A stretch of DNA of 60,505 nucleotides, taken from IMG/VR virus record IMGVR_UViG_3300011336_000076, positions 1 through 60,505 of that record. One strand, 5' to 3'. A program made the translations under genes and the position numbers. Each line of letters begins with the position of its first letter. Positions within the stretch are counted from its first letter, which is position 1. The notes below the pieces were generated by a model that ran no database searches, was not told the DNA's origin, and saw nothing but the letters and a program-made list of their open reading frames with translations. This document shows positions 54,761-60,505 of the stretch, piece after piece. This DNA comes from a virus (lineage: Duplodnaviria > Caudoviricetes).

Positions 54761-54943
54761 TGATAACTGTTCCCTCGACGCGGGCCGCAAGACGCGCAAT
54801 ACAATCATCCAGCCAACAAGTTGTCACGTGTTTTTAAAATCAAACACACCACAAGATGTTTGTAGTTTAATTTCTATCTTATTTCCCACAGTGGGAAATA
54901 GTAACAACTTATACTGATAACTGTTCCCTCGATGCGGGCCGCA
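54761..54943 (+). repeat. 29-bp direct repeat TGATAACTGTTCCCTCGA(C/T)GCGGGCCGCA at 54761-54789 and 54915-54943
   Basis: Two copies with one mismatch. Confidence 0.9.
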
Positions 54944-55025
54944 CTGACGCATAGGGAATTCCCCCACGCAATAGCAATTCCCACTGGTTGGAACGTTTTC
55001 CCACTGTGGGAAAATGTAAACGCAG

Positions 55026-55388
55026 TGCGATGTAGTTATGTCTAATGTTTTATTCAATTATGCAAGAAAGTTCTGTGACTACAGAATATTACAAACCCAA
55101 TGAAATCAAGCACTTGCAGAGGTTTTTCCCCTATTATTCTATTATTCTGTAAAAATATATATATGAAGAGACAATTTCAAAAACAACCAAATCTCCCGTT
55201 TTTTCTTTCTCTCACGTGATCTCTTACGCTCTTTCTCTTGTTTCTCTCTTATCTCTCAAAACAACAGAATATTAGAACATTACCCCAAAACCCTCTCGCA
55301 ACCCGCGCCAGTGCTTGCTTTGCTTTATTCCGTGGCTACAGAACTTTGTTGCATAATTGAATAAAACGCTTCCTATCACTACATCACA
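55026..55388. repeat. long imperfect inverted repeat, putative replication origin
   Basis: 55047-55076 and 55338-55367 are reverse complements at 29/30; arms extend ~125 bp around an AT- and pyrimidine-rich centre. Confidence 0.75.
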
Positions 55389-55403
55389 ACACATAGTAGC
55401 AAC

Positions 55404-55432
55404 TTGACAATGGGGTTTCCTTGTGGTAAAGT
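55404..55432 (+). promoter_or_regulatory. sigma-70 promoter
   Basis: TTGACA-17 bp-TAAAGT with TG extension. Confidence 0.75.
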
Positions 55433-56083
55433 AGAGGCTCAACACGTGAAAACATGTTGTAGCGTGAAATATCACGCAGGGTAAATGGTGATCGTACCTA
55501 ACCCGTAATGCTCTTTAAAAATTCACAAGACAGGATTTTCCCACTGTGGGAAATCCAACCAACCGCCGCTTGCTCAATGCAAGAAGCGCAAAGGGGAAAG
55601 TAACGACACATGTCACAACGTGTGTCCGGATCAAAGAACCTTCCATGCGTGAATAGGCGTCTCGTAGTCAGTCGAGGCACTTTGTGGTGTAAGTCAGTAG
55701 TGTGCGTCATTTGTGGCACCGAACAAGACCGATAGCAAAGCGCAAGTCAATATAGATACTGCCTAAATGTGTGGTGTGCTCTGCGCTAACAACGCAACAT
55801 GCCTAACGTGGAGTATGTATGTGAGAGTGACGTTCACTTAAATCCGTGGGGCAATCAAGCCTTAGAACAATCACCGAGCACATACCAACCCCCACTAGGA
55901 ACACGAACCGCAAGGGATAAGCGTGAACGACAAACACTATCGCAGTTAAAAACAACCGTATCAAACAATACAACTGTAGGCACAACGCTACAACATATCA
56001 CAAGATAACAACCCGTAGGGCATGCGCATAGCGTGTCCTATCAGATGCGATCTTGCATCAAACCTTTTTATTAGGGAAACATT

Positions 56084-56359
56084 ATGAGCTATCAAATCCA
56101 AACCTACACCGTACGTCCTGACGGCGTATGGGAAAACAACGCCCCAATCGAAGTGGAGCATAAGCATGCCCCATTGCAGTGTCACAAACTGGGGCTAATG
56201 CAAACGGCCACGGGTTACGGCAAACGCATTGCCACGGCCACGATGGTCAAGTTCAACGGCAAGTGGAGACGTGTGTACTGCTGTATTTATTCCAACGTTG
56301 GCACGTGCTACATCGGCAAACTATCTGATGCACATGTTGTATCAGGCTACCCACAGTAA
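56084..56359 (+). CDS. conserved hypothetical early protein
   Basis: TATGYGKRI.T..MV...GKWRRVYC..YSN.GTCYI. Confidence 0.8.
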   Translation: MSYQIQTYTVRPDGVWENNAPIEVEHKHAPLQCHKLGLMQTATGYGKRIATATMVKFNGKWRRVYCCIYSNVGTCYIGKLSDAHVVSGYPQ

Positions 56360-56414
56360 TTTCATCAACCCCCATCGTTTTCCCACGGTGGGAATTTAAC
56401 CCAAAGGAATCATC

Positions 56415-56771
56415 ATGACGAAAGCAAGAGTAAGTAACCGTGAGACACGTGACTACGTGAAACAACTCAAAGAATTCAAAGCCAACAACTTGTGGAGTGA
56501 ATGGGTGCGTGACGAGGACACCGACACCAACGATGCACGTTACATCGTCTACTCATACGATAGGCACTGGCCGTTGTTCATCTACGAAGTCAAGACTGAC
56601 ATGTGGTTTGAGAACGCAAGCAAGTACAGCGTGACAACATCTAAGCACAAGACGCAGAGTCACCCATATACAGACACTACCAAACTGCACGTAGATGACA
56701 TGATCAAAGTGCGTAACAACGGCGTGGTAGGAATGATTCAACCCCTGACATGGAGAGAGGTGCAGTTATGA
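56415..56771 (+). CDS. conserved hypothetical early protein
   Basis: AAGGA RBS; VYSY..HWPL...KYSVTTSKH. Confidence 0.8.
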   Translation: MTKARVSNRETRDYVKQLKEFKANNLWSEWVRDEDTDTNDARYIVYSYDRHWPLFIYEVKTDMWFENASKYSVTTSKHKTQSHPYTDTTKLHVDDMIKVRNNGVVGMIQPLTWREVQL

Positions 56772-56974
56772 AACAAGCAATCGACAACAAGACCATCGAC
56801 ATGTTCGATGACAAACCCAAGGCAACAAGTTATACGTTCCATGTGATCCTTGAAGATGGCACGACTGTTGAATGGAAAGGTCTGACTATCACCCGCGCCA
56901 AGCGCATGTGTGCGGCAACCGAGACCAACACCCCGAGCAACGTAGCGGCCTTTGGTTTTAGGGAATTCAAATGA
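56768..56974 (+). CDS. hypothetical protein
   Basis: GAGG RBS and ATGA overlap. Confidence 0.65.
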   Translation: MKQAIDNKTIDMFDDKPKATSYTFHVILEDGTTVEWKGLTITRAKRMCAATETNTPSNVAAFGFREFK

Positions 56975-57060
56975 CACGATGGGAAAAATTAGAGCGTGTG
57001 GTGTTCCTACTGGCAGTCATCGTACTGCTACTTGATCTCTTGTACTGGAGACCTAACTGA
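56971..57060 (+). CDS. 29-aa single-TM peptide (MTRWEKLERVVFLLAVIVLLLDLLYWRPN)
   Basis: Read by hand; ATGA overlap with the upstream gene. Confidence 0.55.
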   Translation: MTRWEKLERVVFLLAVIVLLLDLLYWRPN

Positions 57061-57064
57061 GTAT

Positions 57065-57093
57065 TTGACACTCACTTGTCAATCTGTTATAGT
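57065..57093 (+). promoter_or_regulatory. strong sigma-70 promoter
   Basis: TTGACA-17 bp-TATAGT with TG extension. Confidence 0.85.
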
Positions 57094-57172
57094 TTAGTCT
57101 GTGTTAGTTAAATGTGTAACCCGATGTAACTTCCCACTGTGGGAAAACATCAACAACTGAAAGGTAATCATC

Positions 57173-58063
57173 ATGAGTAATTTTGCAATCGACTTGGGCA
57201 ACTTTAGTGTGTCCAAACTTTCAAGCTCTGCCTTGATCGTCAATCTGTCCCTGTCTGTATGGACTGGCCGCAAGTTGGACAAGCGTGTGTCCGAGGAAGT
57301 TGACCAACAGAACAGCACGAAGACCCGTGCCGGTAACTACCACAAGAACTTGTTGGCAGGGTCAAGCAAGCTGACCGAGATCACCAAGATCGCCAACGCT
57401 ATCCGTGGTTGGATGTATGGTGTGACACAACCTTGGGGTGACAACGGTGACCGCATCTTGAACATGGCCTACTTCATGGAGTTCAAGGATCGACTGACTG
57501 ACTACGAGTCTCAGTTCTCAACTGCTGTCAACAACTTTCTCAGTGACTACGACACACTGGTTGCCGCCGCCGCTTTCCAGTTGGGTGACTTGTTCAATCG
57601 TGAGGACTACCCCACACGTGAGACCATCGAGGCCAAGTTTGGTTTCCGTTACAGCATGATCCCACTGCCTCAGTCCGGTGACTTCCGTGTTGACATCGGT
57701 GAGGATGGCTTGCGTGAATTGCAGTCTCAGTACGAGGGTGTCTTACAGCAACGTGTTACTGGTGCAATGACCGAAGCATGGGAGCGACTGCATGACTGCC
57801 TCTCACGCATGTCAGAACGTCTTGAGGATAGCGATGATGGCAAGCGTAAGATTTTCCGTGACTCGCTTGTCGAGAATGCCATCGAGATTTGTGGCCTGTT
57901 GAAATCTTTCAACATCACCAACGACACACGTATGGATGAGATGCGTAAGCAACTCGAAGATGCTATGCGTGGTGTAGATGCTGACTCGCTACGTGACAGC
58001 GACTCTCTGCGTGAGCAGACCAAGCGCAAGGTGGACAACATCTTGTCTAAGTTCGATCTGTAA
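57173..58063 (+). CDS. DUF3150-like protein
   Basis: L.LSVWTGRKLD...K.LL...T.PW...G.R.L...YP....KF pattern. Confidence 0.7.
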   Translation: MSNFAIDLGNFSVSKLSSSALIVNLSLSVWTGRKLDKRVSEEVDQQNSTKTRAGNYHKNLLAGSSKLTEITKIANAIRGWMYGVTQPWGDNGDRILNMAYFMEFKDRLTDYESQFSTAVNNFLSDYDTLVAAAAFQLGDLFNREDYPTRETIEAKFGFRYSMIPLPQSGDFRVDIGEDGLRELQSQYEGVLQQRVTGAMTEAWERLHDCLSRMSERLEDSDDGKRKIFRDSLVENAIEICGLLKSFNITNDTRMDEMRKQLEDAMRGVDADSLRDSDSLREQTKRKVDNILSKFDL

Positions 58064-58163
58064 TTTGGTGGGGCATTTCCCACTGTGGGAATTTGCCCTG
58101 TTCTTTTGTTTAGTGTTTAATCCGTTTCCCTTAGTTCATTAACTCAACTTTAGAAAGTAAATC

Positions 58164-59246
58164 ATGTACAACTCAATCACTCTCAAACAATGTGCTGACC
58201 TGATCGCCGCCGTAGGCGACAAACAAACTGTCCTAGTGCAGGGCGAGATGGGCATCGGCAAGTCTGCCATCCTCAAGATGCTCAAGTCATACCCTCAGTT
58301 CAAGGACGCGTTCTTTTGCTACGTAGATATCACTACCAAAGATGTTGGTGACTTCATTGTTCCCAAGATCCGCACCATTGACGGTAATGAGGTGTGCTCA
58401 TTCATACCCAATGAAGAGTTCGGGTTCCACTTCAAAGGCAAGAAAGTTGTCATGATGTTGGACGAGATCGGCAAGGCACGTGGTGGTGTGATGAACGCAT
58501 GCTTGCGTCTCATGAATGAGCGTGGTCTAGGCGTTGACCAACTCTCTGAGGGTAGCGTTGTGTTCGGCACTACCAACTTGTCTGTCGAGGGACTAGGTGA
58601 CAACGTGCCGCCACATGCTCTCAATAGGGTGACCCGTGTACGTGTCAAGAAGTCTGACGCACCGACATGGATCGAGGACTATGCGATACCTACGGGCATC
58701 AACCCCGTCATCATTGGCACCGTGGCCGAGTACCCCGAGATGTTCGCATCGTTCGAGGACTACGAGAAGCCCGAGCAGAATGTTTACATCAGTGATCCCC
58801 GTACTGTGCGTGGTGCTGTCGTGACACACCGTTCTATGGAACGTGCCGCCTATGTGTATGAGCATACCCGCATCTTGGGTGACGCTGTGATGTGTCACGC
58901 ACTGGCTGGTACCGTGGGTGAAGCGGCTATGCACAACATCTTGACGATGGATAAGATGGACTCGCAACTCACACCATGGGATGACTTGATCAAGTCTCCC
59001 GAGACTGCCGTTGTGCCTACGTCTGCCGCCGCTACATGTATGTTGGTAGCCAAGGCCGTGCATCGTATCGAGAACAGCAACATCGTTGCATGGATGAAGT
59101 TCTTGAACCGCATCCCCAAAGAAGCGCAGGGTTTGTTTGCCCGTAGCGTTATGTCAGAGAAGTGCCCCAAGCGTTTGGTTGCCGCACGTAACACCGAGTT
59201 CGCTCTGTGGGCATCAGCCAACAACTTCATGTTCGCTAAACAATAA
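58164..59246 (+). CDS. AAA+ ATPase (MoxR/dynein-related type)
   Basis: Walker A GEMGIGKS, Walker B MLDE, TTN sensor, ALNR. Confidence 0.9.
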   Translation: MYNSITLKQCADLIAAVGDKQTVLVQGEMGIGKSAILKMLKSYPQFKDAFFCYVDITTKDVGDFIVPKIRTIDGNEVCSFIPNEEFGFHFKGKKVVMMLDEIGKARGGVMNACLRLMNERGLGVDQLSEGSVVFGTTNLSVEGLGDNVPPHALNRVTRVRVKKSDAPTWIEDYAIPTGINPVIIGTVAEYPEMFASFEDYEKPEQNVYISDPRTVRGAVVTHRSMERAAYVYEHTRILGDAVMCHALAGTVGEAAMHNILTMDKMDSQLTPWDDLIKSPETAVVPTSAAATCMLVAKAVHRIENSNIVAWMKFLNRIPKEAQGLFARSVMSEKCPKRLVAARNTEFALWASANNFMFAKQ

Positions 59247-59276
59247 TTCCCACTGTGGGAAATCAAGGAGATACCT

Positions 59277-60473
59277 ATGTCATTCTTAACACAACTCAAC
59301 ACGTTGACACCCATGCAACGTATCCAACGATCACACGTTGAGCTTATGGGTCACCCCGACACGATGGAGTATGCGTCTGTCATCATGGTCGGTAAGTACG
59401 AGGTGCGTGATGATGTTCCTACTGCATGCACCAACGGCATCGACTGCAAGTATGGTAGCAAGTTCATCAAGGACATGTGCGACTCTGACTTGCGTGGCTT
59501 GATCATGCACGAAAACTTACACAAGACATTCCAACACATGTTCTTGTGGCAACATCTCTACAAGGAAGATGGCCGCACCGCTAACATGGCATGCGACTAC
59601 GTGATCAACTTGATCATTGACGATATCCGCATGCGTAGCCATGGGTTCGTTACTCTGCCCAAGGGTGGCTTGCTTGATCGTAGGTTCGAGGGTATGGACT
59701 CGCAGACTGTCTACAACATCTTGCGTCAAGAGAAGGACGATGGCGACGGCGAGGGTGGTGAAGGTGGTCAGGGTGGTCAAGGGTTCGATGACCATGATTG
59801 GGACTCAGGCCAAGAGATGTCACAAGAAGATATCGAGCAAGTTACCAAGGACATCGACCAAGCTATCCGTCAGGGTCAACTGATGGCGGGTAAGTTAGGT
59901 GGCAACAAGTCACGTGAGTTAGGTGCGCTCCTTGAGCCAAAGGTTGACTGGCGTGAACAGTTACGTGACTTTGTTTCATCCACTGCTGTAGGCAAGGACA
60001 TCTCTACGTGGCAACGTGTTAGCCGCAGATGGTTGCAACACGACATGTACATGCCCTCTACTATCACTGAGAATGTTGGTCGCATCGTGGTTGCCCCTGA
60101 TATGTCAGGGTCTATCGGTGACGCTGAGTTGTCCAAGTTCTTGTCTGAGGTGCAGGGTATCTGCATCAACACCAAGCCCGAGAAGGTTGATCTGTTGTAT
60201 TGGGACACTGAAGTGGCAGCTCATGAAGTGTACACACAGGAACAACTTGATAAGCTCACATCATCTACTAAGCCCGCCGGTGGTGGTGGCACTGACGTGG
60301 CATGTGTGTCCAAGTATCTCAAGGACAATCAGATCCGTCCTGAGTGCGTCATCGTCTTGACTGACGGTTACATCTACGGTGATTGGGGTACATGGACTGT
60401 CCCCGTGCTGTGGGTAATCGTAGGTGGTAACAAGGTTGTCCCTCCCATGGGCACGACCATCCATCTCGACTGA
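59277..60473 (+). CDS. metallopeptidase-vWA protein (DUF2201-like)
   Basis: TACTNG, HENLH, N.ACD..IN; MIDAS DMSGS, GGGTD, LTDG. Confidence 0.88.
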   Translation: MSFLTQLNTLTPMQRIQRSHVELMGHPDTMEYASVIMVGKYEVRDDVPTACTNGIDCKYGSKFIKDMCDSDLRGLIMHENLHKTFQHMFLWQHLYKEDGRTANMACDYVINLIIDDIRMRSHGFVTLPKGGLLDRRFEGMDSQTVYNILRQEKDDGDGEGGEGGQGGQGFDDHDWDSGQEMSQEDIEQVTKDIDQAIRQGQLMAGKLGGNKSRELGALLEPKVDWREQLRDFVSSTAVGKDISTWQRVSRRWLQHDMYMPSTITENVGRIVVAPDMSGSIGDAELSKFLSEVQGICINTKPEKVDLLYWDTEVAAHEVYTQEQLDKLTSSTKPAGGGGTDVACVSKYLKDNQIRPECVIVLTDGYIYGDWGTWTVPVLWVIVGGNKVVPPMGTTIHLD

Positions 60474-60505
60474 CATGCGGGTCTCTTCACAGAGACCTGT
60501 TCCCT

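Larger units (their letters stand above)
53990..59261. repeat. dispersed palindrome TTCCCAC-N-GTGGGAA, 8 copies
   Basis: Copies at 53990, 54883, 54998, 55538, 56380, 57131, 58077 and 59247 (15 bp each), all intergenic. Confidence 0.92.

Noticed and set aside
54761-54943. 29-bp direct repeats as a mini CRISPR array
   Set aside because: Only two copies, separated by 125 bp, which is too long for a spacer
55799-56008. 69-aa ORF in the early non-coding region
   Set aside because: No clear SD or recognisable motif, and it overlaps predicted RNA stems; not fully excluded
60480-60505. Hairpin GGTCTCT-TCAC-AGAGACC as terminator or terminal repeat
   Set aside because: No proper U-tail; only CCCT is shared with the window start, too short to call a terminal repeat
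1-60505. tRNA genes, introns/inteins, stop-codon recoding, DNA-modification genes
   Set aside because: None recognised by eye; core genes are uninterrupted in the standard code. A tRNAscan/HMM run would be needed to exclude them formally

Overview
The window looks like a complete or near-complete ~60.5 kb dsDNA tailed-phage genome, opened inside its early region; the + strand gene run at the right end continues in the same orientation at position 41. It has two arms. The + strand arm (54136-60473, continuing 41-16328) holds early genes, a DUF3150-like/AAA ATPase/metallopeptidase-vWA trio, many small accessory ORFs, a family A DNA polymerase, a sigma-70 region-4 protein, Cas4-like, VRR-NUC and HNH-like nucleases, an SNF2-type helicase and a primase-helicase. 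The - strand arm (53682-16415) holds terminase, portal, GroES-like chaperonin, scaffold, capsid, small basic GG-motif proteins, adaptors, an S74 tail fibre, lysis genes, a nozzle, a GNAT-like protein, Gly-rich ejection-type proteins and a 2373-aa polyvalent protein. There is no tape measure or sheath, which suggests a podovirus-like virion. I saw no integrase, tRNA or CRISPR array. The most unusual signals are: (1) eight intergenic copies of the palindrome TTCCCAC-N-GTGGGAA confined to 5.3 kb of the early region; (2) a candidate small RNA at the convergence of the two arms, with two anti-Shine-Dalgarno segments that match specific early-gene RBSs over 11-14 nt; (3) a perfect chromosomal-type parS site with no phage ParB; (4) a ~360 bp imperfect inverted repeat, a likely origin, followed by a ~630 nt hairpin-rich non-coding region; (5) a recurring hydrophobic-x-x-GG motif shared by a family of small late proteins and the ejection proteins. 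All family assignments come from motif recognition by eye, without database searches. Where a CDS start differs from the ORF track, I chose it from RBS or gene-overlap evidence.
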